A stretch of DNA of 64,000 bases from assembly GCA_964016885.1 (NCBI GenBank), contig OZ024746.1, positions 6,262,001 to 6,326,000 of the forward strand, given 5' to 3'. The notes beneath the pieces are model-generated. The model was not told where the DNA came from. It searched no databases and was given only the letters and a program-made list of their open reading frames with translations. This DNA is from Eledone cirrhosa. Its lineage: Eukaryota. Positions 27,710 to 43,250 of this stretch are shown here, piece by piece. Made by a program: the position numbers and the translations under genes. The number at the start of each line of letters is the position of its first letter. Within the stretch, counting starts at the first letter, position 1.

Positions 27710-30245
27710 GTTCTCTAAGGAATTCTTTTGATTTCAGTTCAGTCATATGTATTTAATATGTAGGAATTTTATTCTTTCTCTTAGATCTTTTTTGAGACTC
27801 AAACATTCTTCATTTAAATCATTTCTAAACATCTTATTTTATTTTCTGTTTGTTGTATGGCTTTCATCTTATCTTTCTTGCTTTGGACGATCATCTCCAA
27901 TTTATCCCATAAAACAGACCCCCAACCAGTCGATAGATCATAGATAAAAAGGAATTTTAATAATCAGTCTTATATTTCTAAAAGAGAAAAAGAAAAGAAA
28001 CATAAAAAAACAAACCGCTCACATTTCTATTTGTATTTGTGAATGATGAGACAATTAAAGAAAAAATATTTCCAGTCTTACAACACTTTCCTATCTCATA
28101 ACATGCGTGTGAATTCTTCAGAAAAATCGGCCCCGGCGGTAAAGAGTGTATTCTTAGATACTGTTTTGAAATGAATAATATAGTGTGTAAGCACTTGAGC
28201 CACAACGGTGATTTAGTTTCAATTCCAACGATCTAATTTCGCTTAACAAATATAACGAAACAGTGACTCCTCCCACCTATAAATATATTATCGTGTTTAC
28301 TACTGACACTACTGCTTTTACTTACAACTTTTTAAACATGACTAAAAGTATACTGGAGCACTCATCGTCATAACCGACGGAGTGCCACTATATATAACAC
28401 AATATCAGAAATTTGTGATTAATTGATTGACTAAATTAAATCGACTCCCTTGTTTAGAGTACTATATTTTATTGAACCAAGATAGATGAAATCCAAAGTT
28501 GATGTCGGCTGGATTTGAACTCAAAACGACAAAGGCTGTAATTAAATTCAGCAAGGAATTAATTCAGAAGATATAACGACTGTGTCCATGCGTTGTCTTT
28601 ATATATTTTTAATTTAGACACAAGGCCAGCAATTACGGAAAAGAGCAAAATTGATTAAATCAACCCAGTACTTGGTTGATACATTATTTTATAAGGCAAA
28701 GTTGATATTAACAGGTTTTGAACTCAGAAAAAATACCACAATGTCATTTTATCCAACACTACCAATTCTGCCAAACCAACACCATTGGTCTTTAAAATAA
28801 TGTTAATAATGACTTTATAATGAAAAGTTTCCGGCATTTTAATTGACTTTGACTAGTAAATACCATTCCATGTCAAAATCCCAAACAATAGATAGTCAAA
28901 GTGCTGATCAGCTCCTTCGACACGACCCCCACTCCCCAGTGACTACATCATAAGGAGCATTGACGCGGCCGGCTTCCTGTCACAACTGGAGCATGTCGGC
29001 CCTGATCTTAGAGATGGTAAGCGCCCAGACGAGATAACCTTCCAATTGGAAGGAGGTAAATCTATGATGAAGGACATCACGTACTGCAACACGTCCTCGT
29101 CCACAAACAGAGGCATTGATACGCGGAAGAGAGAGGAAGATAGATACATACTGTCACTCGCATCTCACCCGAGGAAGAAGTCTTGTCTAGTGGAGTGGCT
29201 GATAGAGCTTTTGCCACTCTCCGCGAGGTACAGCTGAAATATAACGCCAAGATTGAGATATAGACTTGGCGATTCCCCCAACCCTTTCCCTCCTTTTGCT
29301 ATGTAGTTTTGTTCTCTTACTTATTCTTTTTATATAGCAAACATTATATAAACCAATTTTTCAACAATGAACTCTACTGATGCTACACGCTTGTGGGAAC
29401 TCGCGTAGACTCAGAAAAAGTTCACCATTCCTGTGAATTATTCCTATAAAGTAAGTTAATATCGTTGAATTATGAGTATTACAGAATACAGGACGGAATA
29501 CTTAAAGCATTTAAACTTAACGTGGAAATCTTTTTGCACTCAGTAATTTCTCTTCCATCAAAAATATATTAGTCTTCGAACGGCTTTACCTTCCATCACA
29601 CTGTGGTCGATATAATCGAATTTATCCCTCTCCAAATCAATATTATTGACTATTAAACTCTAATATACCCAAACAGAGCAGACTTACCTTACTTATAAAT
29701 AATATAATACATTCAGCCCAGAGCTAATGGAGCTTTAATACGCAACCTTCAATTAAAAGTCATTAGAATTTCTCGCCCGTATCTAAAATTAGTAAACGAT
29801 GAGATAGTAAACCACAGAATATTAAAGTAAACTGAATGACGAGTGGAATCTCGTGATTTCAGAATCACTTTGTCTGATAAGATTTTACTTTGTAATAAGA
29901 ACGGAAGAAAGAATCTTTTCAATGGAACATCAAACGTTTATCTCCGATAGAAGTAGTGTTCTGATGAGTTAGTGGATGATGTCTAAAATGAAGGCAGGGA
30001 AAATGAAGAGTTGGTTATGTTGCTGTTGGTGAGGAAAAATGGATTTCATCTGATTTCTGCCAAACTTAACCGAATTACGTTTGGCAAATGATCAGAAAAC
30101 GACGATAAAAGTTTATAGTGTTTGTGTTCATATGTGTGTATGTGTGCGAATATATATACATACACACACATATTTAAGTGTGTGTGTGTTTGTATGCTTA
30201 TGTGTATGTGCGAATATACACACGTACATACAAGCATACAAACAT

Positions 30246-30268
30246 ATGTATATATATATATATATTTA

Positions 30269-30351
<83 letters not shown>

Positions 30352-30453
30352 GTATATATATATATACATATATATATATTTATATATATGTATATATATA
30401 TATATACATATATAAATATATAAATATATATATATATATATATACATATATAA

Positions 30454-30495
<42 letters not shown>

Positions 30496-30690
30496 GTATA
30501 TATATATACATATATATATATTTATATATATGTATATATATATATACATATATAAATATATAAATATATATATATATATACATATATAAATATATAAATA
30601 TATATATATATATACATATATAAATATATATATATTTATATATGTATATATATATATACATATATAAATATATATATATATATTTATATA

Positions 30691-30763
<73 letters not shown>

Positions 30764-30790
30764 GTATATATATTTATATATATATGTATA
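30246..30790. repeat. Interrupted (TA)n array
   Basis: Direct reading. Confidence 0.95.
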
Positions 30791-31637
30791 GGGAGGGGGG
30801 CGGATGGTAGCTAAGATGCTTCCATAGGCGGTATGCCGGTTGAGCACTCTATGCTCTTACAGTGAAGAGTATGATATAATATAAAACGCAAATGCAAATG
30901 GTTTGCAATATATATTCCGGCTTTTTACTTTGTAAGTTCGAATCCTAGCAAGGTCAGCTTTGCCTTCCATACTTCAGGGTTCAATAAAACAAAGAATCAA
31001 TAAAACACTGGCGTCAATTTAATTCGATTTCACATCTTCCCCCAAGTTGTTGGTGTTGTGTCTAAAGTATGAGACTTTTACAAACACTAGGTTACGACAA
31101 AGAATGAGAACATTTTTCAAGTGCATATTTCGTTTTATTCTTATTCTTTTTCACCTTCACTCACTCATCCTGGAGGATCGTGAGGGACAGAATTCTGAAA
31201 CACTCCTTCTAGGAGGTCCTGTCGGAAGCAACCGTTTCCAACTGATCTGGCTGGATCCCCAAGTGCGACCAGCCAAGTGTGAATCCCGATATATTAATTC
31301 TTTCACTGTGAGAAAGACAAGAACAGTGCCCAATGTCCTTTTCATTCATGGCTGGGAGGAAAATATTCTCAAATTGGAGAATCTTTTTACTTGTGTACAG
31401 TATAGACTATAATATAACATGAATATCTAGCTATCGGCTATTAGCCAACACATATTTCTACAAGTGTTTTGATTTTGATAACAAAAATTCTACTTCTATC
31501 AAAAGAGGCATAATAAAATCGCCCGTATATTTCTATTTACGAGGAAATTCTGTTTCATAAACGTTTATTATTCCTAGATTTCGTATATATCATGTAGGTC
31601 TACATAACATTGTTTCATTTTATTATCTATTTAGATC

Positions 31638-31700
31638 AGTCATGGGCATACTGCGGCCCGTGAGCCGCATGCGGCGTGCTTGGCGGCTTCCTGAATGGCA
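31638..31700 (+). mobile_element. hAT (Charlie-like) terminal sequence remnant
   Basis: cagtcatgggcatactgcggcccgtgagccgcatgcggc resembles hAT/Charlie termini; no partner end found. Confidence 0.45.
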
Positions 31701-31799
31701 CGCCTAATTTCAAAATTCTAAATTTTGGATTATGTCTTCTATTTCATACCATAGGTAACTTTGTTTAATTCGTAACACCTGATCGTGTTTCATTATGTT

Positions 31800-32620
31800 A
31801 TGGATTGGCGGATTGGCAGTATCGGTAGAGGGTCGGACGCCATGCTTTCCAGCATAGTTACGTCCCTTTACGATCTGAGTTCAAATCCCACCGAGGTTGA
31901 CTTTGCCTTTCATCCTTACGGGGTCGATAAAATAAAGTACCAGTAATGCATTGGGTAATTGCTGGCCTTGTGCCTAACGTAGAAACAATTATGTTAAAGA
32001 CTTCACTTATGTCTTCGATTTGTTGTAGCTAAGGTAGTTTTAAGCGTTACAGTCGAACATGTTTCATTATGATAAATATTTAGATAATGTCTTCCATATA
32101 CGGGGTCGATAAATAAAGTACCAGTAACATACTGGGTATTTAATCGACCCCCACCCCCTAAAAAAATTGTTGGCCTTGTGCCTTAATCAGAAAACATTGT
32201 TATTATTATAAGGGCAGTGAATTGGCAATATGGTAGGGGATTGGACGCCATGCTTTCCAGCATAGTTACGGCCCTTTACGAACTGAGTTCAAATCCCGTC
32301 GATGTTAAATTTGCCTTTCATCCTTACGTGGTCGATAAAATAAAGTACCAGTAATGTACTAGGCCTTGTGCCAAAAGTAGAAACAATTATTATAAGGGCA
32401 GTGGATTGGCAGAATCGGTAGAGCGTCGGACAACATGCTTTGTGGCATAGAGTTACGGACCTTAACCTTCTGAGTTCAAATCCCGCTGAAGTTAACTTTG
32501 CCTTTCATCTTTACGAGGTCGATAAAATAAAGTACTAGTAATGTACTGGGGTCGATTTAAACGACTATCCCTCCCCTCAAATTGTTGGCCTTGTGCCTAA
32601 AGTAGAAACAATTATTATTA
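31800..32620 (+). mobile_element. Cluster of four co-oriented SINE family A copies
   Basis: Copies at ~31808-31992, ~32095-32205 (partial), ~32211-32392 and ~32396-32620. Confidence 0.85.
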
Positions 32621-33969
32621 TATATTCCTTAGACTAAGAAAGGAAGTAGATCGTTGAATAGGGGCTCAACAAAGTGATTTCTAGTTGACACTACATGATG
32701 TTCCCCTAAACCCAAAGCTATGTGACATATTTCTTTAATATTCAGTAAAAACCTAACAATAAAACTATATCAAATCTCTTGTTGGATCATTGTCAAGAGA
32801 GAGGCTGAAAGATTTCATAAAGTCAATACGAAATATTTGTAAACACTATTCCATACGTTGTATGTAATTCTATTAATTTCGTGTTTTGAAACCCGAATCT
32901 GCGTTAATTTCAATGAATATTTTTGTCAATGTAACAACAGTATTTTTAATTTTCTTCTCGTTACCAAGTTCAAATATATTTTAGTGTCAACAATGTAGTC
33001 AAATAGGAAGTGAAGCTAAGAAGGCAGTCCAATGATACAAACTCTTGACTTAGAGAGGAAGTAAATAAAATGTGTCTTGTGCAAGCTGGGGATTGTCAAT
33101 ATTGGTATAGAGGAAGTTATTGAAAATTGCTTAAGTAGCATTGAACACACGAGCTGTATACTATTTGTACCTTTACTCAATATAATGAATATTTGTATAG
33201 ATAGTTTAACATTAGTTTCACTGCTCTTTTATATGGATATAGTCGTAGCCACCATACTTCATCTCAATACAAATCTTCGGATCGTTCTTACACATGACTA
33301 TTTGTTAACGATTGTTTATTCTGCTATTTTCTAAGGCAAAGATAGAACAAATGATGTATTCTTGGTTCTGTGAAAAGGATTAGCTACAAGCTAAAAGGAA
33401 ATAACACCCAATGGCAATCTATAACACATCATATATTTGCTGGGCTTTTAACTCAATAGCATCCACACATGAAGAGACACCAGTGTTACGTTCTGTGGTA
33501 CACAGGTTCACATACGTCTGTCAGTAACCAGTTCATCACACCAGCCTTGTTTGTTATGGTAAAGGTATAGGTTCAATCCGAGTATATGAACATTATAAAA
33601 GAGTGAATGACATACATATATACCTGCACATATCTAATGATATAAACGTATAAACATATATATCAAACTTTAACAAGAGACAATCTTTATGTAAGAATAC
33701 ATAGTTCGTTTCAGTATCATATAATAAATTTAACAAAATTTAAGATATAGATACCTGATAAAAATCATATTATCTCCCTTATATGTATACTTCACACATC
33801 ATGAATACATTTCACCAAATATCGGTGAAGTTAGATAATTGAATCTGGATCGTCTGTGAAAGAAATCAATCCAGATCTAGTTCTGTAGAAGCCATTTCTA
33901 TATTAAATATTGACACTGTGCTATGTATTGAGTAACTTACTTACTGTGGTTACCCCCGATTGACCCGTG

Positions 33970-34036
<67 letters not shown>

Positions 34037-34037
<1 letters not shown>

Positions 34038-34502
34038 TGTTATACTTGGGGAGGGTCATATTGTTGTAATATTACCAGAAATAATAACACACACACTCAC
34101 TGTTTGGTTGGTTTTCACTTCTGCATCTTTTATATCTCCATCGTTAATTCATTCGGCAATCAATGTTCATCATTAACTGACCAACGGTGAAAAATACAGA
34201 TATAAATACATATATATAGTCTAACAAAGTTCTTTCGTTGCACATCTGCAACATCATCAGTGGTACTATTATGTTTACACTGATGATGTTGCAGATGTGC
34301 AACGAAAGGATTTTGTTAGACTATATATAATTATATGTGTAATTTTGACTGTTGGTCAGTCAGTGATAAACACTGATTGCCGAATGAATTAACGATGGAG
34401 ATATAAAAGATACAGAAGTGAAAACCAACCAAACAGTGAGTGTGTTGTGTTATTATTTCTGGCAATATTATTACAACAATATGACCCTCCCCAAGTATAA
34501 CA

Positions 34503-34503
<1 letters not shown>
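34037..34503. mobile_element. Fold-back Neptune-type 3' end with two opposed HHR motifs (34224-34263 -, 34277-34316 +)
   Basis: ~225-bp inverted arms homologous to 62355-62605; aca-CTGATGA-t-gttgca/gatg/tgcaac-GAAAG. Confidence 0.9.
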
Positions 34504-34557
<54 letters not shown>

Positions 34558-34613
34558 TACTCATCTATACATACTTATATACATACACACATTCACACAT
34601 TCACACACACATG

Positions 34614-34649
<36 letters not shown>

Positions 34650-34652
<3 letters not shown>

Positions 34653-34832
34653 GTTTCTACGTTAGGCACAAGGCCAGCAATTACCCAGTGTATTACTGGT
34701 ACTTTATTTTATCGACCCCGTAAGGATGAAAGGCAAAGTTAACCTCGGCGGGATTTGAACTCAGAATGGCAAGGGCCGTAACTCTATGCGTCAAAGCATG
34801 GCATCCGACACTCTACCAATACTGCCAATCCA
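34650..34832 (-). mobile_element. SINE family A
   Basis: Matches the family core. Confidence 0.85.
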
Positions 34833-34859
34833 CATATATATATAATGTTCCTCCTTCAT

Positions 34860-35283
34860 TATTACCGAAGATGAGATGATCTCATACGCATAAGAAGAAA
34901 CGAAGAGCGTTGAAAATGATGGAGTTTTCTGTGTATGCGAAGATGGCTTGTTAAGCCAATTTTCGCTTTGAATAGCCGAAGGCAATGAGGGTAGGACATA
35001 CTCTGGGTCAATTTGAAGTTTTTAATTTCCAGCTTTTCTTTATTTTCCTTTTCCGCTGCTATTTGCACTCTGTTTCATAGCTGTTGGCCCCTGAGCAAAT
35101 AAGAAGCCTCACTAGGGGATCTGTCCTGAGCAGCAACCTCCCACACATCTCGCTGGATTCGGCAGTTTTTGAGACTTTCTTTCGCAGAGTCTTTGGGCGA
35201 TTCCGTGGTCTTCCCTGAGATCGCACTTCTATTTGGAGTTCGCAATAAAAGAGTTTCTTTAGAAGGCGGGTTTCATGCGGCAC
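34860..35283 (-). mobile_element. Decayed RTE/BovB-like LINE 3' end
   Basis: RLLKKLFYCEL...RSQGRPR; C-terminal zinc-finger-like PHCLRLFKAKIGLTSHLRIH. Confidence 0.75.
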
Positions 35284-36214
35284 ACGTGATCTTACACATT
35301 TCAGTTAAGAACAAATTAAATAAATAAATTCGGAAGAATCGGGGATGGCCAAAATCGTCTGAGCGTCGGACAAATGCTTAGCAATATTTGATCGTGCTCT
35401 TTACATTTGGAGTTCAAATCCCAACATGGTCAGGATTGCATTTCAGCCTTATGGGGTCGATACAAGGAAGTACAGTGGTCGATATAATCTATTTCTACCT
35501 TTGCTGATATTGCTGGCCTTATATAACTTTCTAAGTTTCTAATATTAATACAAGAACTCCATCTATTCAGAGTTAGTATCAATTGACAAGTGAAGGGATC
35601 AAACTTATGATTGCAATATATTCCATACAAATGTAATATATTAATATTATTTACTGTAAATTGTCCAGATAGAATGGCATTACTGATATAAACGTCTATA
35701 ACAGTTTCCCAACTTTATATATTCCGTATTCAATTCAATTTCTGTTGTATAATGACGTTGAAGAAACACTTATGTTGAAAATTGAGACAATAGATGCCCG
35801 ATATAGAATATATGCTACAAACACAAACCTCGTACATAAAACATTGTACGATGGAACATTTGTGGCTAATGCACATGCTAAAATTGGGAGCACCACATTT
35901 GTAATAGATATAGTGGATTTAAATATTTGGTTTAGCGCAATTAAAACAAGTGAAGCACGTAGACATGATGTAATAAATACTGTGGTGGATCCAGTGTTGT
36001 CTTGTTAATTTCGACGACCAAATTTGATCTAGGTTTTTTTTAGTAGAGGTGAAATACTAGGTTACGAGAATGAAGATGTTGTAAAAGTGTTGTTCTTGCC
36101 AATCGTCAGAACATTAAGGAATGTAAATGAATTCAATCGAGAGTTGAAAATCCATTGTTTCTGACAGGATCCGCTAGAAGGAATGTCTGAGGACTCTTGC
36201 CTCACGACCCTTGC

Positions 36215-36288
36215 GAAGAAGAAGAAGAAGAAGAAGAAGAAGAAGAAGAAGAAGAAGAAGAAGAAGAAGAAGAAGAAGAAGAAGAAGA
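36215..36288 (+). repeat. (GAA)n microsatellite
   Basis: Direct reading. Confidence 0.95.
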
Positions 36289-36659
36289 CATGGTTCAATA
36301 TTGAGTTCATAGTTGAGCTTTATAACATTCGTTTATTTGTCAAGAACAACAAATTCAACCCTGCTGGGATTTGAACTTAGAATCTAAATAGACATATCAA
36401 ACTACCATACGTCCTGTCAACCCAATCTATCAATCGATAGTCCTGTAGCGATATAAAATATATTGAAAAGATTTGAACTTATAGTGGAACTACATCGTAA
36501 TTATTGAGAAGTTTAATTGGAAGTTGTGTTGTCTCATCCTAAAAGTACATTATGAAAACGAAATGCTGTTGTATAAAAATAGAATTAAGTATAAGAGAAA
36601 ACCATGTTTATTACTTGTTAACATGTGAAATTGTTTTTAGAATTAAATGATATCTTCAA

Positions 36660-38273
36660 ATCACGTTTCTTGATATGGAGTAGATTATAATTATTTTTCT
36701 TTTCTCAGATTATAATCTGAGAAAAGAAAAAAACACATTTTTGTATAATTTATCAGTTCATATAATTAAATCAACAGAGTATATATTTATTTTATTTCAC
36801 AAGCTTATCAAAAGCAAACAAGTAAAAACAAATAACACTTATAAAACAACTTATACACGTCAGAAATGACTGGATTTCCTGGATTTGCGGTTGTAGTCCA
36901 GGTCGCACTAGCCCCAGATATAGTCCCCCATCATTTTTTCATTGTAGTGGCCTGGTACCTCCGCTCTATCTCTTTCACATCTTGGTGGAATCGTTCGCCT
37001 TGTTCTTCTGAGTAGGCGCCCATATTGTCCTTGAATTTTTCCAGGTGAGCGTCCAGCATATGGAGTTTAAGCGACATCCTGCATCCCATGGCGCCAAAAG
37101 CCTTTATCAGATCCTGCACCATTTGCTGGTAGTTTTCAGCTCTGTAGTTGCCCAGGAAGCCCTTAACAACTGCTTTGAAACAGTTCCATACTGTTCTCTC
37201 AATTCTATTGTGCTTATTGGAGAACTCGGTAGACTCAAACACCTTCTTTATCTGAGGTGCAACAAAAATTCCACTTTTGATTTTGGCCTCAGATAACTTG
37301 GGGAAGAACTCAAGAAGGTACTTAAAAGCGGCTGATTCTTGGTTGAGAGCCTTCACAAACTGTTTCATCAACCCCAACTTAATGTGCAGTGGCGGCATGA
37401 GCACAATTCTGGGATCAACCAGTGGCTCCCACATGACGTTCCGGGTCCCAACTAGAAATTCTGTTTGCTGCTCTCAGTTTTTTCTTTTGTAGTGGTCAGA
37501 GGTGGCTCTGCTGTCCCAAAGGCAGAGGAAGCATTGGAATTTGATAAAGCCTCCTTGGAGTCCAAGCAGGAAAGCCACCATCTTGAAGTCTCCAATGATT
37601 TCCCAATTGTACTGGTTGTATTGCAGAGCTTCCAATAGGACTTTCACACTGTAGTAATATTCCTTCAGGCAGACTGAATGAGCTAGGGGCAGTGTCGGGA
37701 ACTTATTTCCATTGTGGAGGAAGACAGCCTTCAAACTTGTGGTGGAGCTGTCTATAAATAGCCGCCACTCCTTGGGGACAAACGGCACCCCAATAACGTC
37801 AAACAGTCCAGGCACGTCATGGCAGAAGCAGAGGCCATCCTTAAGAGTGTAAAAGCCTGCACTTCCTCCTTGACCAAGTTCCACTGCTTCATACTGGAGA
37901 CGAATGCTTAAAACACAACTTACCCTTTATTCAGGGTGCGAAAATCCAGTATCAATAAATCTCTTTAATCCACTTTTTAACAATTTTATACTTTATTGCA
38001 CTTTTATCATTTTCTTTAGGTATTACTCTTTATTTTATAATTTTAATTTAACCTTAAACATATATTAAAAAAATCATTTAACATAAGCAAATTAAACTTA
38101 CATACAACGTAAAATCCAGAATACAAATAATTCTAGTGAATAGCTTAGAATTTTTACAAACCCAAACTTTTAACTGTTTAATAGCACTTTTTTATTTATT
38201 TGGGACCTAAGCAACACAAAATAAGTGATTACAAGCCAGGAACAGAGAAAAAAAAATGTTTTGTTACACGGTG
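36660..38273 (-). mobile_element. Chapaev3-type (CMC) DNA transposon, internally deleted
   Basis: Transposase remnant; minus-strand 5' terminus CACcgtgtaacaaaa with adjacent TTA (TWA target); other TIR not found. Confidence 0.75.
36860..37870 (-). pseudogene. Chapaev3-like transposase, frameshifted
   Basis: EWRLFIDSS..SLKAV.LHNGN, LLGLQGG..K..CFLCLWDSRA, PPLHIKLGLMKQFVKAL and SEEQGERFHQD motifs split over ORFs 37474-37884 and 36931-37434. Confidence 0.85.
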
Positions 38274-38666
38274 TTATTTACTTTTACTCTTCTTTTAATA
38301 TATGATGAATGGTTCAACGTTATCGCAAACAAATTTATTTTTCTGTGAGTGTGTGTTTTTGTTTTTCTTTTTCTTTGGGAAATTCTAATTCCACAATATT
38401 TTATTACACAGTATTTTGTATCAGACATATATACATGGTTTGTTTTTCTCTGTGTTCTTCCACATTGCTATTTCTAATATACTCCTTCATCATTATCACC
38501 ATTGCTATCATAATCATCTTCATCATCATCATCATCATCATTACTATCATTATCATCGTTACCATCATCATCCTCATCATCTTTGACCTTCTCTATATTT
38601 TCTTTTAATTTTTAAAGTACATTACTGCTGCTAGATACGAGGAAACAAGGAAAATAATCAATCACA

Positions 38667-38712
<46 letters not shown>

Positions 38713-38839
38713 AAAGTTATATTTAAATTGTTGGGTTACAACGAGTAAATATTTATAACTGATATAAAAGCACTCAACAAGTATTTGGAGTATATTTACG
38801 ATATTAAATAAATGGAAATTATATTTATAAAACCATATT

Positions 38840-38905
38840 TATTTCATTATATATATTTCAGGGATATCATATTAAAAATATGTTATGCCTTCTTCAGACA
38901 AAATA
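38840..38905 (-). ncRNA. Hammerhead motif (same family as 21573)
   Basis: tattttgt-CTGAAGA-agg...cct-GAAAT-atat-ATA-atgaaata. Confidence 0.65.
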
Positions 38906-38997
38906 CAATATAGACAGTCTTATAAATAAATAGATTCGACATACCTTTCAACATCGACTTGCATTTGAAAAGTTGATTTGGTAGTTGATTTAATATC

Positions 38998-39063
<66 letters not shown>

Positions 39064-39930
39064 AAAATAAAATAACAGGAGGCTGGACTGGTGTAAATCC
39101 TTGAAAGGTTTATTATACTATCATCATTTCAATGACCGGGTTCCATATGAATCCGGTGATATCATCAGGTATTGGAATATAACAAAGGAATATGTAAAAA
39201 AAAACCATGGGTCCGAAAAATCAGAGACAGAGACAAAGAGGACGACTGACCAACTAGCCTCTCGGCCAGTCGCCCTCAAAGTGTTGGCAACTGAATCTAC
39301 TAATGAATAGCTAGTGAGGGGCCGAAGGCTTATAATGCACTACCACCACTCCGTCAAAGAAAAAGGGGAAGAAAGAAAGGAAGAGAGAAGTCAGTGTAAG
39401 GGTCATACTACATTCATGCTACAGTCATACTACATTCAATGCCTCGAAAAAATGCTACTCCAAAGAATCTATAATGGGTGTCTGTATGGTCTAATGTGTG
39501 AACCGAAAATTGGAACGTTAAACTTATGTTGCGAGTTATAGGATGAAATTAAATTAAATTAACAATATTAAATTGCAAAATGTTAAATTGAAAAATAAGT
39601 TATTAGAGAATTAAAGATTAAGGTAGCGAGATTTATTTATTTAATGAACTTAAGGAGAGAGTCTTGTATGAAAAAATGTATCTCGATAAGATATTAGGAT
39701 GGGATATAGAGTAAAGATTTAGATTGGGAGTCCCAGCCAGCAGACCCCCCACCATAAGTCAGCCAGTCTCGAGTGGTATCGTCCAGCGAAAGAAATGGAA
39801 GATGAGTGAACTGCACTGCGTTGAGTACTCTTCAAAATATTACACCAGGATTGACCATACGGAATGACCAGTTCTATCCAGTGGTGAACCAACAAACCTA
39901 AAGAAATATATATATATATATATATATATA

Positions 39931-40137
39931 GTACGTTATTCCGGGTTGAATCGGAGGTAACCACAGTAAGTAAGGTACTCAATACATAGCAGAGTATAAA
40001 AGTTTTAATATAGATGAGATTCTACAGGACTAGAACTGTTTCATTCATTAGAAATCATCAGGAATCCCTGAGATTCCTGATGATTTCTAATGAATGAAAC
40101 AGTTCTAGTCCTGTAGAATCTCATCTATATTAAAACT

Positions 40138-40138
<1 letters not shown>
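39931..40138. mobile_element. Minimal fold-back: two opposed hammerheads plus one tail in (TA)n
   Basis: Arms 40000-40066 and 40072-40138 each contain the 15112-type HHR; tail at 39931-39999. Confidence 0.9.
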
Positions 40139-40169
<31 letters not shown>

Positions 40170-40239
40170 TATATACGCACATATATGTGTATGCGTGTGT
40201 GTGTGTGTGTGTGTGTGTGAGGAAGGTGTGTGTGACGAG

Positions 40240-40525
40240 TGTTCCAGTCGATCTGATCAACGGAACAGCCTGTTCGTGAAATTAACGTGTAAGTGGCTGA
40301 GCATTCCACAAATATGCATACCCTTAACGTAGTTCTCAGGAAGATTCGGTGTTACGCAAAATGTGACAAGGCTGGCCCTTCGAATTACAGATATAACTCA
40401 GTAGACTGAGTAGACTGGAGCAACGGGAAATAAAGTGTCTTGCTCAAGGACACAGCGTACCGCTGGGAATCGGACTCACGTCCTTACTATCATGAGCCAA
40501 ATACCCTGGCCACACGGCCATATGT
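40240..40525 (-). mobile_element. SINE family B
   Basis: Reverse complement of 55650-55822 plus a body shared with 11700-11860. Confidence 0.8.
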
Positions 40526-40541
40526 ATACATTTATCTATAA

Positions 40542-40690
<149 letters not shown>

Positions 40691-40694
40691 CATA

Positions 40695-40783
<89 letters not shown>

Positions 40784-41065
40784 ATTTATATGCTGACAAA
40801 TTGTTCACAGTGAAAAATAGTTTAATTAGGAATAAGTGAGAATTAGTAATAGTATTGGTTAGTATTCAGTTTTGGTTTTAAGTTTTACCGGTTGCGCATT
40901 TCTAATGCTTTTCAAAAATAATTTTGAGATAGAGCGCCCGTGATGTTTGCTCTGATCTGATTAGTTTTGGGAATTCTACCTGTTTTATATGAAAAAAGTG
41001 GTTCCAGATGTATTAAAATAAGTTTTGCGCCAATTCGTGTTGCAAAAATTCTTGTGGTCAAAACA

Positions 41066-43165
<2,100 letters not shown>

Positions 43166-43250
43166 ACTTTGAATAACTTTGAAATGTTTTGGCCAGTATT
43201 GGCCCAGGCCATGTCTAACTTAATAGCACCACCTGGCGAAGTCTTTCAAT

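Noticed and set aside
35745-36008. Possible host exon (87-aa ORF); likewise 33077-33334 and 28925-29240
   Set aside because: No recognisable domain or supportable splice structure; small exons cannot be excluded without RNA-seq
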